Below are positions 37,619-50,290 of a stretch of 64,000 nt of DNA, piece by piece. Both the position numbers and the translations under genes were made by a program. Below the pieces are notes generated by a model. It was not told where the DNA came from and did no database searches. It worked only from the letters and a program-made list of their open reading frames with translations. Source of the DNA: Carcharhinus amblyrhynchos (Eukaryota); the NCBI GenBank assembly GCA_965287045.1, contig OZ336884.1:56482001-56546000 (forward strand), written 5' to 3'. The number at the start of each line of letters is the position of its first letter. Positions within the stretch are counted from its first letter, which is position 1.

Positions 37619-39038
37619 AAAGAACAAAGAACAAAGAACAACCCAGCACGGGAAACAGGCCCTTCGGCCCAACAAGCCCGTGCCGCCGCATCACCCTACA
37701 CCTATTCTCCCCTGCATATCTACAAATAGAACCCCTGACTTAGCCAGATTCAGGGGAGAATAGTGTCAATTTGGTAAAACCAATCAGCCTAAGAGCACAT
37801 CTTTGGGGTGTGGGAGGAAACCGGAGCGCCCGGAGGAAACCCACGCAACCACAGGGAGAATGCACAAACTCCCACAGACACAGGCCCAAATCCATGTATC
37901 TGCACAGCCAGCAGTGCTAGTCACCGAGCTGTTGCGGCGCCCGTCTACCGGTCCAGGATCAAGCACACACACCGACACGAAGTACTAGGCCACTCCCGGA
38001 ACTTCCAGGAGCAGCCCACGCACAACCCACCGTGTGCATGCCCCTCGTTTGACAACGAGGTGGACCTCCACCTGCGGAGTGAAAAGACAAAAATGTTAAT
38101 CACAAGCCTGCCTTTCCGGTGTCTCCCGAGGTTCTAACCCTTATTCAATAACCCCTACCATAACCCTCCATCCTCGTTTCACTCATGTGCCTATCTAACT
38201 GAACCTTAAACGAGTCCAACGTTCCCGCCTCCACCACCCTACTCGGCAGCGCGTTCCATACCCCCACTACTCTCTGCATAAAGAACCTTCCTCTCATATC
38301 CAAATTATACCTCTCCCCCCTCACCCTTAAATCATGTCCTCTTGTATTTGTAACCAATCTAGGGAGCAGTCTCTCACTATTGACCCTGTCTATTCCCTTC
38401 AGTATCTTATATACCTCTATCATGTCACCCCTCAATCTCCGTCTTTCCAAAGAGAACAGTCCCAGTTTCTCCAACCTTTCCTCGTAACCCAACCCCTCCA
38501 TGCCAGGCAACATCCTGGTAAACCTCCTCTGCACCCTTTCCAGAGCCTCCACGTCCTTCCGGTAGTAAGGTGACCAGAACTGGACGCAGTACTCCAAATG
38601 CAGTCTAACCAACGTTCTATACAACTGAAGCATTAGACGGCAGCTTTTAAACTCTATACCTCTTCCTATAAAGGCTAGCATTCCATAAGCCTTCCTGACA
38701 ACATTCTCCACTTGTGTCACAACCTTCATGGATTTGTGAACCTGCACTCCCAGGTCCCTCTGTGTTTCTATACTCATAATTTGTCTACCTTTAATCACAT
38801 AGCTCCTCTCTACATTATTCCTTCCAAAATGCATCACCTCGCATTTGTCAGGATTAAATTTCATCTGCCACCTATCTGCCCAATGCACCAACCTATCTAT
38901 ATCCTGTTGTATCACCTGACAATCCACTTCGGTACCCGCCAACCCTGCCATCTTGGTGTCATCAGCAAACTTGCTGATCACACCACCTACGCTCTCTTCC
39001 AAGTCATTTATGTAGACTACAAAGAGGAGAGGTCCCAG
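37619..39038 (-). mobile_element. Young 5'-truncated CR1 (HER1-like) LINE with intact ORF2 C-terminal part and V-SINE-containing 3' UTR
   Basis: Uninterrupted frame of about 298 codons (LGPLLFVVYINDL, KFADDTK, HLEYCVQFWSP, LERVQRRFTRM) ending at the stop at 38145. (GTTCTTT)3 tail; flanked by TAAT. Confidence 0.93.
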
Positions 39039-39300
39039 TAATCTCACTCAAGCAGTCCACAGCAGTGGCAGGTGGAAACGTTCATGTATTTGAGGTTTAT
39101 GCTTAAAGTTGGCGTTCTTTACAGTTACAAGCATGGCATGAAATACAGTTTTGTATGACCAACAGAATAGCTGGAACACTTTGGGGTGAAGTTAAAAAGG
39201 GTTTAGTTGTGCACCTGACCAAATTGAATTGAGCAAGATATCGAAGCAAGGTTTTGTAGAGGTGTTTGTAATATTACTTTGTTATCTTTCCTTTTCACAG

Positions 39301-39497
39301 GTATATTCCTGATATGCTGGTTGCCATTTTTTATCACACACATATTGAAAATCCACTGCAAGCAATGCCACGTATCAACAGAACTTTACAGTGCTACTAC
39401 CTGGCTTGGATATGTCAACAGCGCAGTAAATCCCATCATATACACGACTTTCAACACTGAATTCAGGAGAGCCTTCCTCAGGATTTTAGCTTGCTAA
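39301..39497 (+). CDS. DRD3: Dopamine D3 receptor, last coding exon (TM6-TM7, helix 8, terminal Cys)
   Basis: cttttcacAG|[71 protein letters not shown] and NPxxY motifs; [11 protein letters not shown] is D3-type. Confidence 0.96.
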
Positions 39498-40949
39498 ATG
39501 AAGTCTTAAGGATGTCACTATTTGGGATCTGAATGCTTAAATCCCTCTTACTCCCAACCACCAAAATAAGATTGTTGTTATGAAAGAAGCCAATTCTCAA
39601 AATCCACTCAGAATAGTTCCATTAAAACTTTAACATATATAAAACTGTTAAGTTCGTAGATATTTCCTACAAATTTCTCATTGATGTGCAGTTTTAATGT
39701 TTTTACCAACCACTTTCATTGGAATATTGGATAATGAATTTGCCCCCATGCAATCTTCAGAGCTGCCTTTCATGGTTTTCATGATGTTGAGGAACCAAGG
39801 GTCAAAGGCCAGAGGTCAGCACGCAAGCAAGACAAAGAGAGTTGAGGTAAATCAAGAAGTGATGAAAAGGTGACGACAAACATAGGCTTTCAATGTAAGG
39901 AAATGAATGTGAGATATTTAGTCATTGATAAGCCAGGAGTTAGACATTTCAAAAGTTGAAATTGGTGGTCATGAAATGTTCATCCTGACACACACTGTCC
40001 ACCTTCAGAATGAGTGAAGGAGAATATTTTAAGTTTCTGGAATCTTGTCAAGGATAAGAAAAGGTTAAAGGTAGGACACACAGACAGAAGAAGGGAATCT
40101 TCGTATTCTGATATAGAATATCATTTAGAGAATTACGATTATTTCATCTCGGTTTCAATGCTTCTGTTAAAGAGCTGTAACAAGAAGTTCATTGCGGCAA
40201 GGAGAGGATAATTATCAGGACAGAAATTTGGCTCCATTGCTGACAAATGAGTAATCTATATTGGAAAGCGTATTTCTGTGAAAGTTAGATGAAGTCAGCG
40301 TATAAATATTTATTCATACATGGAGAAGAATCACAGGGAGCAGTCCAGTTCAAACCCTGGAACCAGATCCCAATTTCAAGAGAAGGGAAAGAATTGAAGA
40401 AAAATGTTTGGATTTGATATCCCAGTTATGTGGGGGTTCAATTTGTAAAGCACAGCAGCACATAACTGGGAGATTTTACTCTTGTCCCCGAGTGATGAAA
40501 GAGGGAGCGGGATCTTCCAATTTCACTAAAGGCAACCCCTTCCACAACAAAACGCCATAGATATCGGTGGGACCAGAAGATTCTGCCAGCAGCCAATGGC
40601 AAGCCATCTCTGCCACTGGAAAACACACCATGGAAGGACAGAGGAGATTCAGAGATGCCATCCAGGGGATCCACTTAAAAGACGAACAGAATACAGAAAG
40701 TCATGGAGAAAACCAGTGCCAGAAATATAGCAGAATTGTCCCAGTTGCCAGGACAGTTGAGACATCTGCAGATTTACAACATGGCCAGCCAACCCCTCCC
40801 CTGCACTTGATGAGAAACAAAACGAACATCAAGAGCATTTCTATAATGCGCCTCTCACATACTATATTGTGAGATATCATTTGTTGACAAATTGGAAAAA
40901 GATGAATAAGTTAAAAAAGGGAAATGTTGAGCAGAGAAATTGACAGCAT

Positions 40950-41300
40950 TTTTTTACTAATTCATGGGTCATGTACTTTGCTGATTGGCCATCCCCAGTT
41001 GCCGTTGTATAAAGGGGCAGTTGAGAGTCAACCAGATTGCTGTGACTTTGAAATCACATGTAGGTCAGACCAAGTAAGGAGAGTAGATTTCCTTCCCTAA
41101 AGGACATTGGTGAACCAGATGGGCTTTTCCGACAATTGACAATGGTTTCATGGTCATTAGTAGATTCTTAATTCCAGATATTTTGTTATATTGAATTTAA
41201 ATTCCACTATCTGCCATGGCGGGATTCGAACCTGCGTCCTCAGAACTTTAGCCGAGTTTCTGAATTAAATAGTTTAGTGATAATACCACTAGGCCATCAC
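40950..41300 (-). mobile_element. tRNA-derived SINE, second family
   Basis: Reverse complement of the 2335-2720 family. Confidence 0.8.
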
Positions 41301-43719
41301 GTAGTGGAAGATTTCTGAAGGCACAGTGTGCCTTCATGTGCTGAAACAAAACAGATTTCAAAAAAGAATTTTTGAACTTAGGACAAGGGATAGCAGATTT
41401 GGAGTCCAGAACCAAAGGACTGGTCTGCAGAGAGACATAAGCTGGATAGAATCATGCAGAGGAAGGTGACAGTGAAATTTGAAAATGAGGACCATTAAGT
41501 CAATCCGTAAGGGTGCAGGGAGTCTGGTGGTCGTGAGGGACCATAAATTGGAAACTCGGTTGTGAATATATTGGAACTTAGAGGGTTAAAACAAAGTGAT
41601 GGGCTAGAAGAACTTTGCAGGATTTTTAATGCTTGTCTTTTATGCCTGATTTCCAAGTAATATTGGAAAATCTGAGCTTTATTTTCCAAGCTGCCGACTG
41701 TTTTCATCTGCGTGAAGCACAGTTTGAATTATTTCATCCACACTGGCTGTGTAAAGCAATCTTTGGTTTGTATTAGTCTGAAATATATACAATGCTTTTC
41801 CTTCCAAACCTGAATGAGAGTGTTAGTCTTCCTGCAAGCGCTACAAGATTTTTTTTCTGTGTTCCTTAAATATTTGGATGTTTAAGATACTCCATTTAAA
41901 AAAAAGTAAATGCACAAATATTTGAACAGTTAAAGGAAGCTGTACTGGTAAATAAAACTGTATGACTCCAAAACTAGCTTGTATTCTCCATTTATTTTCT
42001 TTCATATAAATTTGTCCAAGTGTTATGTAACACAAGCTTTATTTTTACATCTGTAAACATTGATGTTAATCAGGGTGAAGGAAGTCAAACTTGGGATTCT
42101 GTAGTTAGAATGACTTGTGTCAGTTCCATGGAGATCAAATACATTTCATTCCATGAATAAATTAGCAGTATTATTCCTTGGAGCAACGGTCAGTTCTGAA
42201 GGCTTGTCTGTTCAATGTGGATGTGTGAAGTGCTCATACATATTTTCCTGGATGTACACCAATGCACTTGTGGTATCTGTTTAACCAACTGCTAATCGGA
42301 AGTGATTTGAAATAGTATAACATTCTTTTCAGAGTGGGTATTTTATCAGAAGGAACAGTGGCATATTGCTTCCTGCAAGATTAAATAAGACAACGTATGC
42401 GAGGACAATAGTGGCCATGCAAAAAAATAGTTAATCCAATTTACGGAAACTAATTCAATCAGGAGCCAGCTGTTATGCAAGCTAATTAAATAATTCAAGA
42501 ACCTCTGTAAAACAACTAGCAAAATTTAGTTAATCTTAAGTAATTTTTTAAACATTGAATAGGCATTTATCTTTTACATTTACTTCCATTTGTTCAAAAG
42601 TTCTTGTTTCACTGAAACTCCCACTCCAAAAAGGAACTTTCAAGCTGCGTCAAACTCCCAGCCATAAACCATAAAATCATGTGGATAATTTGATCTGCAG
42701 GACAATGAGGTCAAAAACAGGACAAGGGGGCAATTAAAATTGTCTGGGTTACTTATTTGCTGCAAACTCACGCAGATCCTACTAACATCTTACTGAACCA
42801 TTCAGGCTTCTGGGTGGATGGCTAAGTCATCTGCCCAAAATCAGTAGGCTCCTTAGTTAAATTTGCAGTTTGGGATCTGACTGTATTTTAACTCGACAGC
42901 TTGAGTGGGAAGCCACACTGAGTTTTCTGTCAGATCAACCTGGTGCTAAGTGGATTGGGGATAAGAGGAATGAACGTCCAGGCCCCACAATGTAAAATGA
43001 GGCCTTCCTTGCATGGATTTGTGTTCATGATATTTCTGAACACCTTCACAACATAGCCCTGGCATAAATCCACCACTTAACTGGTCCTAGGAGTCATCGC
43101 ACAGATTTAATGCACTATTTCCTGTATGTTAGATACCATTTTAATTGATAGTTATACTATTTATTTACCATGAGGGATAAAGAGAATTGACCAGTCCAGT
43201 GGACAAGAGCATTGCATTTTCACCATTAGAACTCAACTCTAATTCCAACCAAAATTGATGTCCTCATACTGCTGACTGCAAAAGCTTTAAATTAAATAGA
43301 GTTGAACTGACTAAATGCACAACACTAACTCAATTTTGGGTGCATCATTCAGGAAGGCCTCAAGAATAGTTTGTAGGGGAAGCAAACTGCAGATGTCAGG
43401 CAGGCTGAGGTGAAGGCATATCATAAAAACTTAAAATTTCTAATGGTCTCCACTGCTACTTGAACTGCATCATTCATGAACTATTGGAACTAGCTGCTCT
43501 CTGACTGATGCATTTATCAGACTGCTGAATCAAAGCAATTAATATTCATGATGAACCTGTGCTAATTACTTAGAGATGCAAACACAACAAAAAAAACTTA
43601 AAATAATGTGATGAGATCACTTCTAACCATCACAAAGCAACTGCAGGAACCTACATCTTCATTGATGAACATTTTCTTTTCCAAGCCTCATTCTAAAAGT
43701 GCTCCTCAAATCTTTTCTT

Positions 43720-43895
43720 GAAAGTAAATACTGCAGTTGCTGGAAACCCGAAACAAACAGAAAATACTGGAAATACTCAGCAGGTCTGGCAACATCCGGA
43801 GGGAGAACCATTCATGTTTCAGGTTGTGACCTTTCATCACAAGTGGGATGTCCCTGTTCTGATGAAAACCAGTTCTGATGGAAGGTCAAAACCTG
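43720..43895. mobile_element. Inverted Penelope-like terminal repeats with eroded hammerhead cores
   Basis: tttcaggttgtgacctttcatca ... ctgatggaaggtcaaaacctga inverted pair, preceded by the aaatactggaaatactcagcaggtctggca PLE-end motif. Confidence 0.55.
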
Positions 43896-46800
43896 ATTGC
43901 TTAATATACTATGTCTAGGTCAGAAAAACAATGTAACGAAAGAAATATTTGCACTTACAGAGAGCCGTTTACGAGCACAGGTCTAAAATGCTTCACAGAC
44001 TTTTAATTGCTCATGAAGTATTTCACTAATGTCAGGTAATAACGCAGTAGCGAAATTGTACAGCAAGCTCCCATAAATATCAACAGAATAAATGACTTGT
44101 TCATCTGGTTCACTTTAGTAACATGGTGGTATCAGCACCATAGGCCTGGGATTTTTCTATAGAACAATTTTTCATTTGCATCCATTCTTTTTTCTTCTCC
44201 TTCTTACACCCTACTGCCCACCACAGGGGCAATTAAAACTTCTCGGTTTTTATTCATCATTTCTACCTCCAGCTCCATTCCTTTTTTACACACCTCTGTT
44301 ACATGACAACCCAAACTTTCCAAATCTTCCTTGCCACCATCCTTGTTTTATTTCCCTCCTGTCCTTTTCCTGATGAGTTTGCCTCTATAAATATTTAGCT
44401 TCTTTTTTTTTCCCTCTTGCTGCATTAGTGAAGCAATATTATAAGGGAGGAGTGATATTTCTATCTACTCTCATTACAGGACTAAAACTTATTTTATGTC
44501 ACAGGTAACCCATTCTCTGAGTCATATTTCTTGACTCTCCCAGTGAGCCCACTAGGGAGCAACAGGCATTTATAATATTTTAACTATTGGTTCTGCAAAC
44601 AAAGAGCAGGAATGAATTTTGGGCTAAGGTCCCAAATCTCTTATGTCCATTTCTTTTCCTCTGTTACAAATGAGTATCAATACTCTATAAGATAAAGGAC
44701 TCCAAAGGTTGATTTCTATTTATGGCCTTGGGACTGTGGGGGTTACTCTGTCTTAAAAAGCTAGAGGGAAGAAAAATCTTTAAAACACCCTTCTGAACTC
44801 ATCTTCTCACAAGCGATCGACTACCACGAGGATATAGAACGCCTCTATATCCTTTCAACAGGGGAATGGCCCACATGGATTTACTGAAGCGAATTCCTGA
44901 GGGTTATATCATCAACTTGAATGTGGTGCCAATGTGAAGGAACCTCAGGGGAAAAGGTGAGGAACAGAGAAAGGTGCTTTCAACAGCAAAACAATTCTAA
45001 CCATGCACAATGCAACCATGGTTCACAGATATGAGATCTTGAACACCTAGTTTCTTCTGACAGTCTTGAATTCCAAAATTAAACATTGGGATGGATGACG
45101 CCGTCACTCAGTTGTGTTCGCCAGGAATGACAAACCTCAACAGGATGTGCTGGATCTAGGGCAGGTGGTGGCACTGTTTATATCAGTTTCCAAATGAGCC
45201 GAGGAGAAAATATGGTGATACAGGCCAGGAATGAGTAATATGGAAATAATCAACCTGTTTGTAATGTTAACATGTTCAATACCAGAAAATGCAACTTACT
45301 GTAACTAATTCTGATTCCCAAATTTACAATTTTCCAGCATAGATGTTTCCTTTGTATTGTTTTGTTTTATTGGCAAATAATACGTATTCAAACTTACACC
45401 CATTGAAATGCAGATCATTTATCATTTTGAATTCAAAGACACACAAAATTCACATTATCAAACATTACATTCTTATGTTCTTTGTGGAAGAAAACAAATG
45501 AGAGATTTATAACAATGTCATTTGATCCATATAAAATGTTTACAAAACCTACCCCAGAGTACCTAGGCCATCAGTTATAGAACTCAAGATTTAACACCAG
45601 TCAATGAGTATACCTGAAACTATCTACTACCAGGCATGCAATGTATTCAAAGTAATTTAGTTCCAATGAGTCATGGCTTGGATGTAAAGAAGTTGACAAA
45701 CAGTTGGCATATCACTAAATTTCGCGTTTTGGTTAAAGACACTACCAAAATGCAGCAAGGTTTCTGGAAGGAAGGTTAAAAATTCTTATCAGAAAGCAAA
45801 CAGAAAACCATTAATTTAATGCCGAGCTGACATGATTTTTAACTGCCTGTGCTTGGTCTTTCTGATTATCTCTTGACAGCCACTTTCTTTTCTTCAAGAC
45901 CCATTTCACACAATCTGATATAAAACAATTGAAGGCACACGGCTGGCATGGATGTACAACCATTCTATATACTTTTGGAACTTATAAATATGTATTTAAT
46001 TGCACTATGTTCAGGTTTGCTGTATTCTCGTGATGCCGCTTGTTGCTGACATGGACATTGCTAATTAAGGGCATTGCATTTCATTCCTAATTTGATTCTG
46101 ATGATGTGGGTCTAACGATACACCATTAATTGTCTCATATCCTCAGTAGTGTTATCATTGCGTATTCTGACATGAGTATGTTACAACTTGGCTATCATTT
46201 GTAAATGTGCAGTCTAGATACCCTTCGCAGCAGCCCACTGAAAATGTTGTCTGTACCGCATTTAGTCATGTCATTATGCGTCTCACTGGTGTCCTGATGT
46301 GAGATATTGAGAGGATGCAAAGAGGCCTCAAAGGGAGTCAGACAGGCTAAGTGAATGGCCAGGAATATGGCAGATAGAGTATGAAGGTCAAAAATAACTG
46401 TGAGTTAACCTGCAGGCAGCAAGTAAGGATGACCTTGATTGCTAAGGGGATGGAGTGTAGGATTAAAGAGATCTGTCAGCAGTTGACCACAGCCTTGTTG
46501 AGACCTCACTTGAGGCACTATCTGCCCTGGGACAGGCTGACTTCACATAAAGGGATTGCAACAGAGATTCACCAGATTTATTCCAGGGACTGGAGGATTA
46601 TCCATAAAGTGGGATTAGTGCAGCTCTGAACCTTGCTGGCATCTTGATGTTATGAGACCCATGAGGCAGAGAGCAAACTTGCTGCTGCGTGACTTTCACC
46701 ATAGAGAGGAGAACACACTGGAGCACGGTTCCCGTTTAGTTGCCTCACGATCACTAGGGTGTCCATTTAGTCAACCAATTGTGCTCACCTTAAACTTCAC

Positions 46801-48262
46801 CCACCTGCAAACACCAGCTCAAAGATTCACATGTACAGAGCAACTGCATCTGAGAAGACATTTTAAGACTAGTGCACATCATACATATTCAAACATACTG
46901 GATCACCTTCTACACTTTCCCTGTCACCCACCAACTTTCCCCATCACCTTGTCCCACCCAACATAATGATTCATCTCTCCATTTCACCCTTGAACACATA
47001 ACTATCACTCTCCACCTTCTCTTCCCTCTGATCTCACACCTGTTACCATCCCCATGCCTACCCAGACTTCTTGTTATTCAAGCCAGTCTGTTATCCTGAT
47101 GCCCACCACCGCCCCCCTACCCACCCCTCCACCACTCACCACCCCCCCCAGGAAACTTTCAGCTACCTGACTATTACCCTGGATCTGCCACCCTACCACA
47201 TCCCACTCTCTCCCCCCCACTCACTGAGACTGTTCACACCCCAGCATCCCACCATACACAGCATCACACTGCCCTCTAGGATCATCTCGCTCCCACCATC
47301 TCTGCTTGGAAACCTACTCACACATCTTAAAACCAGACCCCAATATACAACAAACAAAGCCATTCCCACATCCCTAGCCTTTTGCATTCCCTCACTGCCT
47401 TCCTCCCTGGCCCAGACAGTCTGTCTTCCTTTCCTGAATCACCTTTCCCCATTAACTGCTGGTGCTGCCTCTCATGATCTGCCTCTGCTTCAATCTTTTC
47501 CACTGAGCCTGTTTCCCCTTTCCAGTCTCCACTCCTCCCTTCCCCACTGGTCCTGCTTCCCACGTTCAGTCTTTGAGCAGTATGTCCTACCACCTGAATC
47601 AAGAGGATGACATTTGTAAGCAACCCCCAGGAAGAACAAAGCACTCGCTATTCAGGTCAAGTGGAAGAAGTCAACCTCACCAGGTGCACACTACTTATAC
47701 ACTGTCATGAATGTGAATGTTCTGGTTTCAGATTGACGGGAAAATTAATTTTGGTGAACTGGTCTTTTAATGAGCATTCATGGTACACAAATACGTGCAA
47801 AAGTGCTTCCCAACTTAATTCCCAGCCTGCTTTTAAAATCCCAAGGACATAATTGTAAAAGCTAATTACGCCATTGGGAAGCTGACTTTTGGTCTCAAGC
47901 CAAAGTAAATTCCCTACCTGTTAAGTTTCCCACTGCTGGTTGGTCAATAAGATACTGCCCTGAGTCTTACCCTGCAACAAAATAAAAACAGTAAATCAGT
48001 AAGACATAAAAGTTGCAAAATTCAGCTGTACAGTGCCAGCAGATTGGCGCTATTGATGCCACCATATCAAAATGGCGTGTATGCCTCTTCCGCTCATTTC
48101 GAGCATAATCTTTGTCAAAAATCATCATCATGAGAACATTTGTGCAGGCTTTAAATGTGATACTGTAGAGTAGACAGATTGTTCATCAATCATGTGTCTC
48201 ATTGATTAACCCCAGCTCTGCCACTTTAGCCCTCACCACTTTAGTTAATAGTTTTCTTACTG

Positions 48263-48286
48263 ACACACACACACACACACACACAC
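48263..48286. repeat. (AC)12 microsatellite
   Basis: Seen directly. Confidence 0.95.
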
Positions 48287-49989
48287 AAATATGGAGCACC
48301 AATCTACCTCACTACTTAAATGGGTCATCAACAACTTGCTGTTTAATTGCTGATTACTTTCTACTCTGGTTTGAGTTTGTCATAATATTGTATGTTTGGA
48401 GGAGTTGATATTAGTTGAGTGTGTCCCATCCCTGCTCCACTCCATCCAGCATCCTGGTGACGGCCCCCTCCGAAAAATGTGGTGCTGCCTTCTTGCCTGA
48501 CATCCCTGCAGTCATAATGGAACAAGCGCTGATATGAAGCTCCCCAGTGCTTGCAACAGTGAAGTCATTGCAGGGCAGGTGAATCAAAGGGAACACACAC
48601 CCCTGGAGCAGAGAACTCATGGACATAAAAATGCTCACTAACGAGGCTTAAGATTTGGCCCAAAAACGCACTGGCAGCATTGTGATGGGAATCACTCCAT
48701 TTTTCCTGCCGGAACCAACATTCACTTTTTTGGTCAGATTTCGTTTTATATCACTGTTCCATCACCACCATTGAGTTAAAATTCTGGAGCTTTCTCCCTG
48801 ACAGAACCATGAGAGTACCAACACTACATGAAATGCAGCAGTCCAAGAAAGAGTAATTAATGATGGGCAATAATTGTTGGCCTTGCATGTGCCACTCACA
48901 TCCATTGGATCAATAAAAAAGTCACATATATAATTGATTTGACTCTAGCCATGCCATTTTTGACCTTAACTCTCTGGTTAGTAACCCCCATCCCATTTAG
49001 CATCACACAGCTGAACATCCAATTAGCTACAGGAAGGAACTTTCACAAAGAATGGTTATCAAGGGATCATCAACCACCTCTAAGTTAGTTTCTGGTTTAC
49101 TGCACTGACTGCAGCTCAGTTAGTAATAACACTTGGAGATGTGTACTGTCAGTTAACATTGTTGATGTCTATAAGGTGGTGGTGTGACATGTTGAAGGCC
49201 TTGGTTCTCCCTTTAAAGTTGTATTCAGTCTGATTAGTCCCAATTCTGGGTTCTGTCGTTCCCATTCCTTGGTCTGCAGGATAAGGTAACCGTGTACACA
49301 TTAACATTGAGGTTGACAGGTACAGGAGTCAGAGACAGACCCATTCCTGCTGATAAGTAAAGGGCCAATTAATGCCATTAAAAAGCCTATTAACACAGAT
49401 TTTAAGTTGCCTGTGTGATTTTGCATTCATCACACGGGCAAGATGGCAAGAGAGCATTAAATTTCTTTCCATTTGTCTTTCAAGGGCAAGATAAAATGCT
49501 CCCCAGAGTGTACACACACTTTCATTTTATTTGTGCTTTTGCTGCTGTCATACTGTTGCGTTTTACTAGCTTTTCTTTTAATTGCATTAGCTTTTTAAGC
49601 AAATTTTGTACCAAAGTTCTAACAAAACAGATCGATCTGTACAAACCATGGGAAACATTGATGTTTACAAAAGATATTTGCTTTGAAAATCTATGACCTT
49701 TGGGCATTTGCCATTGTAATTATATGCAGAGCTGGGGGTCTGGGGGCATAGCTAAGGGTAGGGACTCTCTGAATGTCAGATTCCCCATGATGCAGGCCTT
49801 TATTATGACCCAGCAGACAGATCCTTTAGGTCTGTCCAAACAGACCCAGCAACACTCCGTCACTTCATTCCCTGCCCCACTCCACCATGACCACTAACCT
49901 TAGCTCAGGCGGGCAGTCCCAATTGCTGCAATAGCAGGTAGACCAGATACATCCTTGATGGTATGATTGTCTACCGTGTTGGAGCATTC

Positions 49990-50290
49990 AGCTCTGTGGA
50001 GCTCAGTAGGTTATAGGTTCAAGTCCCATTCGAGAGAGTTGAGCATGTGGGCTTCTGGTCTCAGCGCAGTCCTGAGAGAGTGCTGCATGGCCTGTGGTGC
50101 CACTGGTCAGGTGAGATGCTAACCTGAGTGCATGTCTACCCTCTCAGATGGACGTAAGAGATCCAATATCATTGTCTATGGAAGGCTGGTCAGCACATTT
50201 TCACATTATAGCAATGATCACATTTCAAACAGCAGTGAGGCACTCTGAGACATCCTGAAGTCATGAAAACTGCTGGAGAAATGCTTATTC
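49990..50290 (+). mobile_element. Degraded Deu-domain SINE
   Basis: ggttcaagtccca...gagtgctgca...gatgagatgctaacctgag...ctctcagatggacgtaagagatcc. Confidence 0.6.

Noticed and set aside
38145-39047. 300-aa ORF as a host gene
   Set aside because: It is the C-terminal part of CR1 ORF2, 5'-truncated, with no genuine start codon.
950-39497. Calling the gene DRD2 or DRD4
   Set aside because: ECL2 (CSISNPDF), TM7 ([11 protein letters not shown]), FGFNTT, HCxxCHV and the 270- and 197-nt exon sizes match D3; D2-like features are confined to two loops.
39621-39626. ATTAAA as the DRD3 polyadenylation signal
   Set aside because: Plausible but indistinguishable from chance in AT-rich DNA without 3'-end data.
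47071-47610. Pro/His/Leu-rich 179-aa ORF (similarly 15808-16227 and 6710-6949)
   Set aside because: Low-complexity C-rich or G-rich repeat interior that lacks stop codons by composition; no domain or splice support.
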